This document shows, in pieces, positions 47,280 through 59,250 of a DNA stretch of 64,000 bases. The notes under the pieces were generated by a model. The model ran no database searches, was not told the origin of the DNA, and worked only from the letters and a program-made list of their open reading frames with translations. A program made the position numbers and the translations under genes. The first letter of the stretch is position 1, and each line of letters starts with the position of its first letter. This DNA comes from an uncultured Verrucomicrobiae bacterium (GTDB taxonomy: Bacteria; Verrucomicrobiota; Verrucomicrobiia; Palsa-1439), in assembly GCA_963812605.1 (NCBI GenBank), contig CAWEWF010000010.1:179678-243677 (forward strand), read 5' to 3'.

Positions 47280-47480
47280 TCACAACGCCGAGACAACATT
47301 AAGTTCAACATAATCGTCATTGACGGTGGTGCAGGGGCAGAGTTCGAGGCGGTAACGAATCTCGTCGCGGAGGGAGTCGAGGGCATTGGTGGGACTGAGG
47401 CCCTGGGCGCTGCAAGCCATGCTTTCGCACTGCGCCACGAAACCGTCGCCGCCAGCTTCCACTGTTACGTCAAATTTCAC
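47280..47480 (-). CDS. Small HicB-like-fold hypothetical protein at the end of the BMC operon
   Basis: GFVAQC..SAQGxSxxNALDSLRDEI resembles the HicB N terminus; CPC motif; 12 nt after the last BMC-P. Confidence 0.55.
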   Translation of the reverse strand: MKFDVTVEAGGDGFVAQCESMACSAQGLSPTNALDSLRDEIRYRLELCPCTTVNDDYVELNVVSAL

Positions 47481-47492
47481 ACCGAACCAAAT

Positions 47493-47765
47493 TTACGCCC
47501 CGCCGTCGACATGGTCAACTATCCCCACGATGATGGAACGCAACGGGGCCTTGCTGTCTTTCACGACCTGGCGGGCGGAGTTGCCTTCGTCGATGACCAA
47601 CACGCGCTCGCCGACGCCGACACCCACGCCGCCATCGACGGCAATGAGATAACCGCCGGCCTTTCCCGCAAAATCCTCTTTCTCGACGATCAACATCTTC
47701 TTGCCGTCATAAAACGGGTGATTGATGGTCGAGACGATATGCCCCCTGACAGTGCCGATGATCAT
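47493..47765 (-). CDS. BMC vertex protein (BMC-P, EutN/CcmL family)
   Basis: MIIGTVRGHIVST, IAVD, GVGERVLV, GNSAR, IVGIVD. Confidence 0.9.
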   Translation of the reverse strand: MIIGTVRGHIVSTINHPFYDGKKMLIVEKEDFAGKAGGYLIAVDGGVGVGVGERVLVIDEGNSARQVVKDSKAPLRSIIVGIVDHVDGGA

Positions 47766-48035
47766 GATTCGTGATGGAGTTCGTCGACGATCCCGACAAT
47801 CGCATGATCGACGGGCACAAACCACGGCTCAAGCAGCATCGCCGCCTCGCGTCCGCCTTCGTAATACACCAACTCCTCCGGGTCCGGCCATGCGCGTGGA
47901 ATCGCACGCGACGACCGGCTCGCCCTTCGGCTGGCCCTGTTTGTCGAGCGGTTGAATCCAGAGCATCGGGACGCCTTCGAGTCCCGTGTACACCACGCAC
48001 GGCGTGAGCGTGCCGATGACCTTACCAAGCAGCAT
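47762..48035 (-). CDS. BMC vertex protein (BMC-P); frameshift near 47880
   Basis: MLLGKVIG..VACD..AGP in one frame, EELVYYEGGREAA..DHAIVGIVD in another. Confidence 0.85.
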
Positions 48036-48051
48036 TAAGAGTCTCCAGGAA

Positions 48052-48191
48052 AACTCGAATTCCGAAATCCGAAGCAAATCCGAAATTCAACGATAGCAAC
48101 GATTCAAACTGGCGCAGATTGTGCCTGTCGTTGTTTTGGATTTTTTTCATTCGTGCTTGTTTCGGATTTCGAGATTCGGAATTCGAATTTT
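48052..48191. repeat. Inverted repeat built from heptamers (AAATCCG/TTCGGAT-like)
   Basis: AAACTCGAATTCCGAAATCCGAAGCAAATCCGAAAT ... TTCGGATTTCGAGATTCGGAATTCGAATTT. Confidence 0.75.
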
Positions 48192-48196
48192 GCCGT

Positions 48197-48814
48197 CTAG
48201 GATGCCTCCTCACCTTCGAGTTCGTGCAGTTTCGCGTCGCTGTAGCGCGTCGTCTCATCGAGTTGCCGCGCGAGCGCTTCATGGGGACGCGCAATGATGC
48301 GGTAATGCGTGAACGCCTGGCGGCCCCGCAGGAAATCGCTGGCGAGATTCATGGCCGACTGGATTTCCTGCAACTCGCCGCTATACAGGCTGATGGCTTT
48401 GCCCGACATCTCATACTCGGCCAGCCGCAGCTCGACCAAATTCACTTCCGTGCCCTTGATCGCGACTTCCGCAGCGCGGACGTTGGCGGCAATCGTGTCG
48501 GTCTCCAAAATCGCCACCGTACTCTGCTCGCAAGCAGTGCGCTTCCCCAACAAGGCGTCATGGATCTTCTCATGCACGTCGGGCAGGAACGCATGGTCAA
48601 GCACGCTGCCCGCGCCGATGACGAGCGCTTCGCTGAGCGATTCACTGACACTGCCCGTGGTGCCGCCGAAAATGACAAGATACCGGCCGCGACTGACCGT
48701 TCCGCCCTTGATCATGGCAATGGGCGCCTTCTTCAGGATCGCGTCGGCGGTAAACATGCCGTCGGCGATGCTGCTGAATTCGACAACCGCGATGGCGGGA
48801 TATATCTTCATCAT
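48197..48814 (-). CDS. BMC tandem-domain shell protein (BMC-T, PduT-like)
   Basis: AIAVVEFSSIADG..ADAILK, GRYLV, second domain ILET..AAEVAIK..IIARPH. Confidence 0.88.
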   Translation of the reverse strand: MMKIYPAIAVVEFSSIADGMFTADAILKKAPIAMIKGGTVSRGRYLVIFGGTTGSVSESLSEALVIGAGSVLDHAFLPDVHEKIHDALLGKRTACEQSTVAILETDTIAANVRAAEVAIKGTEVNLVELRLAEYEMSGKAISLYSGELQEIQSAMNLASDFLRGRQAFTHYRIIARPHEALARQLDETTRYSDAKLHELEGEEAS

Positions 48815-48832
48815 CCAGCGCGCGCGATTGAA

Positions 48833-48892
48833 TTGTAGGGCAAGCGGCCCGCTTGCCATGAAATGATGGCAGCCGGGCCGGCTGCCCTACAA
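48833..48892. repeat. Inverted REP-like pair (GTAG class)
   Basis: TTGTAGGGCAAGCGGCCCGCTTGCC ... GGCAGCCGGGCCGGCTGCCCTACAA. Confidence 0.8.
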
Positions 48893-48983
48893 ATTTGAGG
48901 TGCGCGAGCCGCGGTGGCACAGGCGTCCCTGCCTGTGTGGGGGGCGGCTTCCCCGCAAATTTGAGATGTGCGAGCCATCTCGT

Positions 48984-50432
48984 TCATACAATTCTAAATG
49001 CCCCCACCAGCGTGCAGCGCCGCCAGCGTGAGAAACTCTTCGGGGTCGTCATGCCTTCGCCCGTGGGGCTGGCGATGGTGAACGACGTGGGGCCTTCGCC
49101 TTTGAAGCCAAGGCCCGCCTGCGACGGGCCATTTTTGACGAAGATGCTGGCGTTGCACTCGCGCGCCATGCGGCTGAGGTTCGAGAGATTGTCCGAATGC
49201 ATGACGAACGTGTGCCGTCGCGGATGCTCCAGTTGCATCGCGAAATCGATGCCCTCATCGGCATCGCGCACGCGCGTGATCGGGAAAATCGGCATCATCT
49301 GCTCGGTCCAGAGCAGGGGATGATCGTGGTCCACTTCGCAGATGCCGAGGCGAACACTGTCGTCGCAGCGGATGCCCGCTTTCTGCAGGATGGCGCTGGC
49401 GTTCTTGCCGATGAGCGAGCGGTCGATTTCCGCTTCCTGGCGCGGGCCGTGGGTCTGCTTGAACACCACCTTCTCGACCGCGGCCAGTTGTTCCTTCGTG
49501 ATCAAGCACGCGCCATTGTAGGTCATTGCTTTGATGAGTTTGTCGGCCACACTGGAAACGACGAGACATTCCTTTTCGTCGGCGCAGATGATGTTGTTGT
49601 CGAAGGACGCGCCAAAAACGATGTCACGCGCCGCCTTGTCGATGTCCGCCGTCTCATCCACCACCACCGGCGGATTGCCGGGCCCGGCGCAGATGGCGCG
49701 TTTGCCGCTGGCCATCGCGGCCTGCACGACGCCCCCGCCGCCCGTAACGACGACGAGGCTGACACCGGAATGCTTCATCAATCCCTGGGCGCTTTCAACT
49801 GTCGGGTTCGCCACACAGGTAATGAGGTTGCGCGGGCCGCCGGCGGCGACAATGGCCTTGTTGATCAGCGCGACGTTGTGGCAGGAGCAACGCTTCGCGT
49901 TGGGATGCACGTTGAACACGACCGCATTCCCCGCCGAGAGCATCGCAATCGTGTTGTTAATGATCGTCGAGGTCGGATTGGTCGTCGGCGTGATCGCCCC
50001 GATAACACCGAACGGCGCCGGCTCGGTGAGCGTCAGGCCGTCATCGCCGGTAACGGTATGCGAGAGCAGATCTTCCGTGCCCGGCGTCTTTTCGGTGACC
50101 AGTTGGTTCTTGAGAATCTTGTCCTCGTAACGGCCAAGCCCCGTTTCTTCATACGCCATGCGCGCCAGTGCGCTGCCGTGTTCGCGCATCGATTGGCGAA
50201 TCGACGCGATAATGTCGTTGCGCTTCTTCAGGCCCTGTTGATCGAATTGGCAGAACGCGATACTCGCCGCCTTGACCGCCTCATCAATGGTTTCGAAGAT
50301 TCCGATGTCGCGCAACGGCGCCGAAGGTAGTGACGGCTCTCCGAGCCGTCCGTCTGTCTTGCCGCGTCCCGTGAGGTCGGCGACAATCCGTTGCGCGATA
50401 AGATCGACTTCCTGTTCGCTCAGTCCAGCCAT
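48984..50432 (-). CDS. CoA-acylating aldehyde dehydrogenase (EutE/PduP family) with N-terminal encapsulation peptide
   Basis: TPGTEDL, TPTTNP, VTGG, AGPGNPPVVVD, SFDNNIICxDEK, FTIASPTGEG; amphipathic N-terminal helix EQEVDLIAQRIVADL. Confidence 0.92.
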   Translation of the reverse strand: MAGLSEQEVDLIAQRIVADLTGRGKTDGRLGEPSLPSAPLRDIGIFETIDEAVKAASIAFCQFDQQGLKKRNDIIASIRQSMREHGSALARMAYEETGLGRYEDKILKNQLVTEKTPGTEDLLSHTVTGDDGLTLTEPAPFGVIGAITPTTNPTSTIINNTIAMLSAGNAVVFNVHPNAKRCSCHNVALINKAIVAAGGPRNLITCVANPTVESAQGLMKHSGVSLVVVTGGGGVVQAAMASGKRAICAGPGNPPVVVDETADIDKAARDIVFGASFDNNIICADEKECLVVSSVADKLIKAMTYNGACLITKEQLAAVEKVVFKQTHGPRQEAEIDRSLIGKNASAILQKAGIRCDDSVRLGICEVDHDHPLLWTEQMMPIFPITRVRDADEGIDFAMQLEHPRRHTFVMHSDNLSNLSRMARECNASIFVKNGPSQAGLGFKGEGPTSFTIASPTGEGMTTPKSFSRWRRCTLVGAFRIV

Positions 50433-50438
50433 GGCACG

Positions 50439-50729
50439 CTAATCCTTTCGATACTTCTCGGCGCCGCCGATTTCCCAGCTGTCCACGATGGCCATGATGA
50501 CTGCATCGCAGGGCCGGTCCTTCGTCGCGAGGGTCTGGCGCGCCGAACTGCCCGTGGCAACCAACACCAGCTCGCCGGGGCCGGCGCCGACGGCATCGAC
50601 GGCCACCACCTGGCCGCCGGTTTCCTTGCCTTCGGGATCGACGTGCTTGACCAGCATGAATTTCAGGCCATCCATGCTGGATTCCTTCCGCGTAGCGACG
50701 ACCGTGCCGACAACTTTGCCAAGATTCAT
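50439..50729 (-). CDS. BMC vertex protein (BMC-P, EutN/CcmL family)
   Basis: [35 protein letters not shown]. Confidence 0.93.
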   Translation of the reverse strand: MNLGKVVGTVVATRKESSMDGLKFMLVKHVDPEGKETGGQVVAVDAVGAGPGELVLVATGSSARQTLATKDRPCDAVIMAIVDSWEIGGAEKYRKD

Positions 50730-50742
50730 AAGCGTCTCGCTC

Positions 50743-50806
50743 CTGTAGCCGAAGCGTAAGCTTCGGCCAAGTTCCACCGGAACCGAAGCTTACGCTTCGG
50801 CTACAG
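50743..50806. repeat. Perfect 24-bp inverted REP-like pair
   Basis: CTGTAGCCGAAGCGTAAGCTTCGG ... CCGAAGCTTACGCTTCGGCTACAG. Confidence 0.88.
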
Positions 50807-50821
50807 TGGGAGGCGGAGAAA

Positions 50822-51117
50822 TTATTTCTTGGCAGCTTTGTTGCCACGTCCCAGCGGGACAATGGCGTCGACGTTCTCGTGCGGACGCGCGATGACGTGG
50901 ACTGCCACCACTTCACCCACGCGGCTGGCCGCCGTGCGACCAGCATCCGTCGCGGCCTTCACCGCGGCGACATCGCCGCGAATGACCGCCGTCACGTAAC
51001 CACCGCCGGTCTTCTCATAACTCACGAGTCAACCTTGGCGGCCTTGACCATCGCGTCCGCCCCTTCCACCATCGCGGCGAAGGAACGCGCTTCGAGCAAA
51101 CCTAATGCATCTGCCAT
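50822..51117 (-). CDS. BMC hexamer shell protein (BMC-H); 1-nt deletion near 51030
   Basis: [29 protein letters not shown], then [33 protein letters not shown]; span is 296 nt; SD AAGGAG. Confidence 0.9.
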
Positions 51118-51168
51118 GTTCGGATCTCCTTACGTTATTTGTGATCGGTTCAAATTGCCTGTTGCCGT

Positions 51169-51798
51169 CTAGCCGCTGCCCTTCATCTCGCGACCGGTGA
51201 CGCTGTTGATGGCCTGCTCGGCGGCCTTGGCGGCGACATCGATGTCCTTCTCGTCGCCCCCGAGATAGATGCGGCCGAAGCTGCCGAACGCGCGGATCTC
51301 CAGGATGTTGATCTCCGCCGCCTTCTCCGCTTCGTTCGCCGCAAACGCCGCATACGCCGCCGGCGCGCATTCCATCGTGAACAGCGTGTGCCCGGGCAGG
51401 ATCATATTACCATGCCGCGTGCGGTTGATGAGCATCGTATGATAGTCGTCAATGCGACGGATGATGCTGCTGCTGAAAATCTGGGGTTTGTAACGGCCCT
51501 CTTCCTTGAGGTTGAGCGCTTCAAGGATGGCCGCGCCCGCCTGCCGCACGTCGGCCTGCGATTCGGAATGGATCTCTAGCATCCCGTACAAGCGCTCGAT
51601 GATCTGCATGCCGGGCGTCACCTTCGTGGACTTGAGCGCCACGTCCGTGACGCGGTTGATTTCCATGCCGGGCGAAATCTCGACGAAGAGCGACGCCTGC
51701 CCCGCAATCGGCAGGAAGCCCTGCGAGACCGTGGCAAAGAAGGACGCCACTTGCGGCTGCAAGCTATCGAGAAAAATGTAAGAGCGTAGATCGGCCAT
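51169..51798 (-). CDS. Permuted double-stacking BMC-T shell protein (CcmP-like)
   Basis: LRSYIFLDSLQPQ, EISPGMEINRVTDVALK, AANEAEKAA, GSFGRIYL. Confidence 0.9.
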   Translation of the reverse strand: MADLRSYIFLDSLQPQVASFFATVSQGFLPIAGQASLFVEISPGMEINRVTDVALKSTKVTPGMQIIERLYGMLEIHSESQADVRQAGAAILEALNLKEEGRYKPQIFSSSIIRRIDDYHTMLINRTRHGNMILPGHTLFTMECAPAAYAAFAANEAEKAAEINILEIRAFGSFGRIYLGGDEKDIDVAAKAAEQAINSVTGREMKGSG

Positions 51799-51820
51799 GT
51801 CTCATTCCTTTCGGGTCCAT

Positions 51821-53131
51821 CTAATACTTCGCGCCCTCCGTCGAAACAACTTCCCCCGACGCCTCCTTCAAAATCTTCAGGCCACTCGAAGTGCCGATGC
51901 GCGTCGCGCCCGCCGCCACCATTTTCAACAAATCGGCCAGCGATCGCACCCCGCCCGAGGCTTTCACGCCGAGCCCCTTATCACGAACAATCCGGCTCAT
52001 CAGCGCCACGTCTTCCACGGTCGCGCCGCCCGAACTGAACCCGGTGGACGTCTTGACGAAGTCCGCGTGCGCCTTGACGGAAAGCTCGCAGGCCCGCGCT
52101 TTTTCCTCGTTGGTCAACAGCGAGGTCTCGTGAATCACTTTGCATTTCGCGCTTCCGTCGCGGCAGGCCTCGACCACGCCGCGAATGTCCCGCAACACCA
52201 GCTCGTCATCGCCGCTCTTGAGCGCGCCGACGTTGATCACCATGTCGATTTCCTTCGCGCCCTGGCGGATGGCCGCCCGCGCTTCCATCGCCTTCGTTTC
52301 GGGCGGCTGCGCGCCCAGGGGGAACCCGACGACACAGCAGACCTTGACGTTCGAGCCTTCGAGCAACTGCCGTGCAAGCGAGACCCACGTCGGATTGACG
52401 CAGACGGAGTAAAATTTGGCCTGGCGCGCCTCCCGGCAAAGCTGCTCGATGTCCGCGCGCGTGGTGTCGGGACGCAAAACCGTGTGGTCGATGAGCTGGG
52501 CGATTTGCGCGGGCGAGAGTCCGGGTCGGGAGACCGTGGCCGCGATGGGCGGATTGCCTTGGGACGCCAGAAGCTCCTGGACGCGCTTGGCGATGCGTTC
52601 GAGGTCGGTCTGGGAAGCGCTCACGCGTGGTTCTCCCACGGTCGCCAGCAGAGTTGCCTGGTGCGCTCCGGTTTCAATTGGCCCGTCCTCGATTGCATTG
52701 ATCAGTTGTACCCGTTTCCGATGACGTTCTTCAACACATTCGCCCGCCAGAAAGGCCTCGACGATCTGCTTGGCCGCTTCAAAATTGGTCTGGCCCGAGC
52801 CGAGCGTCAGCACATTGGCGTCGTTGTGTTCGCGCGAATTCTTCGCCAAAGCGACATTGTAACACGCGGCGGCGCGCACGCCACGGACTTTGTTGGCCGC
52901 CATTGCCGAACCGATGCCGGCACCATCCACCATGATCCCGCGGTCACAGGTCCCACTCGCCACGAGCCGCGCGACCGTGTAGGCGATGCGCGGGTAGTCC
53001 ACGGCATCCTTGCTGTGCGTGCCGCAGTCCTGCACGAAAAAGCCGCGGCTCTGCAAATAACCCAGAAGCTGGTTCTTCAGATCCAGGCCCCCATGATCCG
53101 AACCAAGCGCAATCTTAAGGTTTTTCCCCAT
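51821..53131 (-). CDS. RpiB-family sugar-phosphate isomerase / deoxyribose-phosphate aldolase (DeoC) fusion
   Basis: [22 protein letters not shown], RHxxRV; linker helix; IDHTVL, VGFPLG, EIDMV, VKTSTG, VKASGG, RIGTSS. Confidence 0.92.
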   Translation of the reverse strand: MGKNLKIALGSDHGGLDLKNQLLGYLQSRGFFVQDCGTHSKDAVDYPRIAYTVARLVASGTCDRGIMVDGAGIGSAMAANKVRGVRAAACYNVALAKNSREHNDANVLTLGSGQTNFEAAKQIVEAFLAGECVEERHRKRVQLINAIEDGPIETGAHQATLLATVGEPRVSASQTDLERIAKRVQELLASQGNPPIAATVSRPGLSPAQIAQLIDHTVLRPDTTRADIEQLCREARQAKFYSVCVNPTWVSLARQLLEGSNVKVCCVVGFPLGAQPPETKAMEARAAIRQGAKEIDMVINVGALKSGDDELVLRDIRGVVEACRDGSAKCKVIHETSLLTNEEKARACELSVKAHADFVKTSTGFSSGGATVEDVALMSRIVRDKGLGVKASGGVRSLADLLKMVAAGATRIGTSSGLKILKEASGEVVSTEGAKY

Positions 53132-53285
53132 CGAAGTGTCAACCTTTTTTCATAATCCCGGCACAAAATCAAGCGGCGAGTGATTCAGCAGGAGTTGCCA
53201 AAGGGTTTTTCAACGGCAAAGCCCATTTTTTCATCCCTCCCAGCGGGACGAACCCTTCCGCTTTTCCGTTGGAGCAACTGTCTTT

Positions 53286-55925
<2,640 letters not shown>

Positions 55926-55935
55926 TGAAAGTGGT

Positions 55936-58900
55936 CTACGGCAACGGCCCGTATACGGTCAACTGGCTCACGGACGAAATGTAGACTTTCCCATTAGCCA
56001 CCAGCGGCAGGCTGAACTTGAACCAGGCATCCAGCGTGTCCCGCGTCCCGGCCTGGTTGCTGTTGTACAACTCGTTGCCGAGATTGGTGGCGTCATAAGC
56101 GTGCAGAACACCCGGGGTGACTATGCCGGTACTCTCCAGCGCCCACAGAATCCCGCTGGAATTCCCGTTGGCCGAAATGGCCATCGTTCCACCGCGTCCG
56201 TTGTATTGCTCCGACGAAGTAGATGTGGGATTGGTGGACAACAGCCCGCTGCTCAACTGAAACGCCTGGACACTCTCCTGAACCGGACTGAAGTACACAT
56301 TCCCATTGAAATACACGGGTGAACAGAAGTTGCCGCCTTCTTGTCCAAGATTATTCGGGAAGATGTTCACCACCGACTCAACGATCTGGTCGATGTTCGT
56401 ATGATAATGCCCCATCATGTTGTCCCGGTCCACGAGGTAGATCGTTCCGTTTTTGCCGGCGCTGACCATCTCGTGCGGATGCGCCCCGCCTTGATCCGGG
56501 AGCAACAGCACGCCTCCCGCCCCCAGATCCAAATTGCTGGCGTCCAGGCTGGTCTGGACCTTGGGCGAGAAATAGTCCAGGACGGTTCCCGAAGGGCTCA
56601 TCTTGAGAAAGCAGTCTCCGTAATCGCTCCCCCCGGTGTTCACGTCAAAAACTCCATCACCGGTGACGGTGTAAAGATTCCCGGTGGAATCGCAAGCCAG
56701 CCCATCGCCATCCATCCAGACGCCCCCCTTGCTCGCGTTGGGTGCGTCATTATAGGTCAGGACCTGCTGCAGGTTCGTTGCATTGAACCCCAACACCCAG
56801 CCGTAATACGGCGGTGTATCTCCATGACTGGAAAAGCCGAAATACACCACGCCATTCGCCAGCAGCAACGCCGTCCGCTGGTTCTCTCGCAGCGCATTGA
56901 ACGTCACCACCCCGCCTTGCGAACCGGGCCCCGTACCCGGCACACTCCCCTGGATCACCACCGGACCACCAAACTTCTCCGTCCCCGTCGCGATCGCCAG
57001 CGCGTGCAATCGCTGCACATAATTGGTCGTGTTCCCGGAAATTTCTTTGGTTTTGGCGACCAGGTACAGCGTCCCGTTGGTCGGATCGATCACCGGGGTA
57101 CTGGTAATGCCAATTTCATTCGGGATATCGCCCGGCTCGAGCGTGTCGGCGGCGGGAACCGGCGTCACCCCCGCCGCGGGATTGATGAAGCTCGCCTTCC
57201 AAAGTGGGCTGTTGGTCAATCCATCCGCATCGAAAGCGTAGGCGCTGTCATGCTCCGTCTCCACGAACACGACATTGTGGAAACCATTGCTCGGAATGCT
57301 CACGTTGGCCATGTAGAGCGGCGAGGCAAACGTCATCCCGTCCAACCCGTAGTTGAAGAGCTTTCCAAAGGCCGCCGAGTTCACATTGCTGGGAGTCAAT
57401 ACGGTCTCGTTCAGGTTCTGGCCGGTTCGCAAGTTGTCGTTGTGATAGGTAAACATCCCGGGATAGCCGGTGACATACACCGTTGCGTTGGCCGATTGTG
57501 TTTGATCCGATAGCGTCGCCGTTACCGTGTGCGTGCCAGGGCTGTTTGGCGGTGTGTAAAAACCCGTGGCGGTAATGGTGCCGGAAGACATCGACCCACC
57601 GATCACACCATCCACTGACCAGGTAACATTGGCGTTCCCGAAATTGGCGACGAACTGTTGTGTTCGCGTCACGGTCAATGGCGCCACCCGTGGGCTGACG
57701 GAAAGCCCCGTGTCTGCCTGCGCCACATTCGAGTAACGGCCCATGCGACCCGCGGCATTCGTGGCCCGCACCCGATAGGTGTAATTCGTGTTCGACGCCA
57801 GGTGCATGTCGTCGTAGCTGGTGCCCGGTGTCGAGGCGATCTGCGCAAAATTCGTGCTGCCCAGCGCCTGCCGCTCCACCAGATAATCCGTGACCCCGAC
57901 GCTGTCCACGGAGGCTCCCCAACCCAGATTGATCTGGTTGCTGCTGACTGCTGTCGCCGTCAGATTCCACGGTGCGGTGGGGATATCGCCAATCGGCAGG
58001 TTCATGTCCGACTGAATCTGCGCTGCCGTCAGGGCCACGTTGTAAACCCGCACCTCGTCGATCATCCCCTGGAAATGCTGCCCATTGGGGATGTCCCCGC
58101 CTATCTGCAATGGGTTCGTTGACACCTGAATGCTCCCGGTTTGCGACAGGCTCGATACCAGCACCCCGTTTACATACAACTGCAGCACTGTCCCGTCATA
58201 GGTCAGCGCCAGGTGCGTCCACGTGTTCGTCGCCAGGGCCGTGGTTCCAAACGTCACCATGTCCGCCCCGCCAAAGGTGCCGCCGCCACCGGGCACTCCG
58301 GTCGGGTACGAGGTCGCCTCGAGATAATAATCGTCGTTCGCCTTGTAGATCACGTCCTGCCAGGCATTGCTTGCCACCGCCGGATTCACCCAGGCCTCCA
58401 GCGTCATTCCCGTGGTGAGATGCAACGGGGCCGAGTCGCTGATCGTCACCAGCGCGCTCGTCCCGTTGAACACCAGCGCATTTCCGAACACATCCGCATT
58501 CGTCCACGTCGCTCCGCTGATCGTGCCATTGTTGCCGTTCCCCACCGCGTTTGTCACCGTGCTTCCGGTTCCCTCATCGAACGAGTACGCCACTACCACG
58601 CGGGGAAGTGTGACCGCGCTGGCCACGCTCGAGTACGGGCTCAAGTTAGCGGCGGCATCGGTCGCTCGCACGCGGTAGCTGTAATTCGTGTTCGCCGCCA
58701 GCCCCACATCGTTGTAGCTCGTGCCTGAGGTCGACCCGATCTGCGCAAAATTCGTGCTGCCCGGCGACTGCCGTTCCACCAAATATCCCGTGACCCCTAC
58801 GTTATCCACGGATGCCACCCAGGCCAGATTGATTTGGTTGCTGTTGATCCCCGTGGCGCTCAGGTTCCTCGGCGAAGTCGGGCTCTCTACATCGGGTACG

Positions 58901-59250
58901 TTCGGGGTCATTTCGATTACGAAAAATTCCTGCACAACGATCGGATTGATGGGAATACTATTGGAGAATGTGCCGTCCGCTGCGATTGTATTGGTCGCAA
59001 TTTTGTTCCAGAGCGTCAGTGGCGACAGCGCCATGTTTGTGGAAGCCAGTACATAATAGGTGGCGCCGGACAGACCACCCGACCCGCTCAGGATCAGATT
59101 CGATTCCGAAAGCATCATCGAGGAAACCACCAGGCCGTTCGATTGGGCGGCAGCAATTCCTCCCCAGCCAGATGCCAGCGCGACAGTGATTATTGTCAAG
59201 AAGGTGTGCGCGATAATACGACAAGCCCTGCCCAAAGACACGTGTCTCAT
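55936..59250 (-). CDS. Large secreted protein: FN3 - LamG - FN3 - Ig-like - PQQ-like beta-propeller
   Basis: Signal peptide; SVDNVGVTGY/YRVRA FN3 repeats; TLEAWV, WTHLALTYDG, GMIDEVRVYN; TYHNDNLRTG, GITSTPVID, PLVANGKVY. Confidence 0.82.
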   Translation of the reverse strand: MRHVSLGRACRIIAHTFLTIITVALASGWGGIAAAQSNGLVVSSMMLSESNLILSGSGGLSGATYYVLASTNMALSPLTLWNKIATNTIAADGTFSNSIPINPIVVQEFFVIEMTPNVPDVESPTSPRNLSATGINSNQINLAWVASVDNVGVTGYLVERQSPGSTNFAQIGSTSGTSYNDVGLAANTNYSYRVRATDAAANLSPYSSVASAVTLPRVVVAYSFDEGTGSTVTNAVGNGNNGTISGATWTNADVFGNALVFNGTSALVTISDSAPLHLTTGMTLEAWVNPAVASNAWQDVIYKANDDYYLEATSYPTGVPGGGGTFGGADMVTFGTTALATNTWTHLALTYDGTVLQLYVNGVLVSSLSQTGSIQVSTNPLQIGGDIPNGQHFQGMIDEVRVYNVALTAAQIQSDMNLPIGDIPTAPWNLTATAVSSNQINLGWGASVDSVGVTDYLVERQALGSTNFAQIASTPGTSYDDMHLASNTNYTYRVRATNAAGRMGRYSNVAQADTGLSVSPRVAPLTVTRTQQFVANFGNANVTWSVDGVIGGSMSSGTITATGFYTPPNSPGTHTVTATLSDQTQSANATVYVTGYPGMFTYHNDNLRTGQNLNETVLTPSNVNSAAFGKLFNYGLDGMTFASPLYMANVSIPSNGFHNVVFVETEHDSAYAFDADGLTNSPLWKASFINPAAGVTPVPAADTLEPGDIPNEIGITSTPVIDPTNGTLYLVAKTKEISGNTTNYVQRLHALAIATGTEKFGGPVVIQGSVPGTGPGSQGGVVTFNALRENQRTALLLANGVVYFGFSSHGDTPPYYGWVLGFNATNLQQVLTYNDAPNASKGGVWMDGDGLACDSTGNLYTVTGDGVFDVNTGGSDYGDCFLKMSPSGTVLDYFSPKVQTSLDASNLDLGAGGVLLLPDQGGAHPHEMVSAGKNGTIYLVDRDNMMGHYHTNIDQIVESVVNIFPNNLGQEGGNFCSPVYFNGNVYFSPVQESVQAFQLSSGLLSTNPTSTSSEQYNGRGGTMAISANGNSSGILWALESTGIVTPGVLHAYDATNLGNELYNSNQAGTRDTLDAWFKFSLPLVANGKVYISSVSQLTVYGPLP

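Noticed and set aside
47829-51117. Programmed frameshifting in BMC shell genes
   Set aside because: There are no slippery heptamers at the breaks, and similar indels occur throughout the window.
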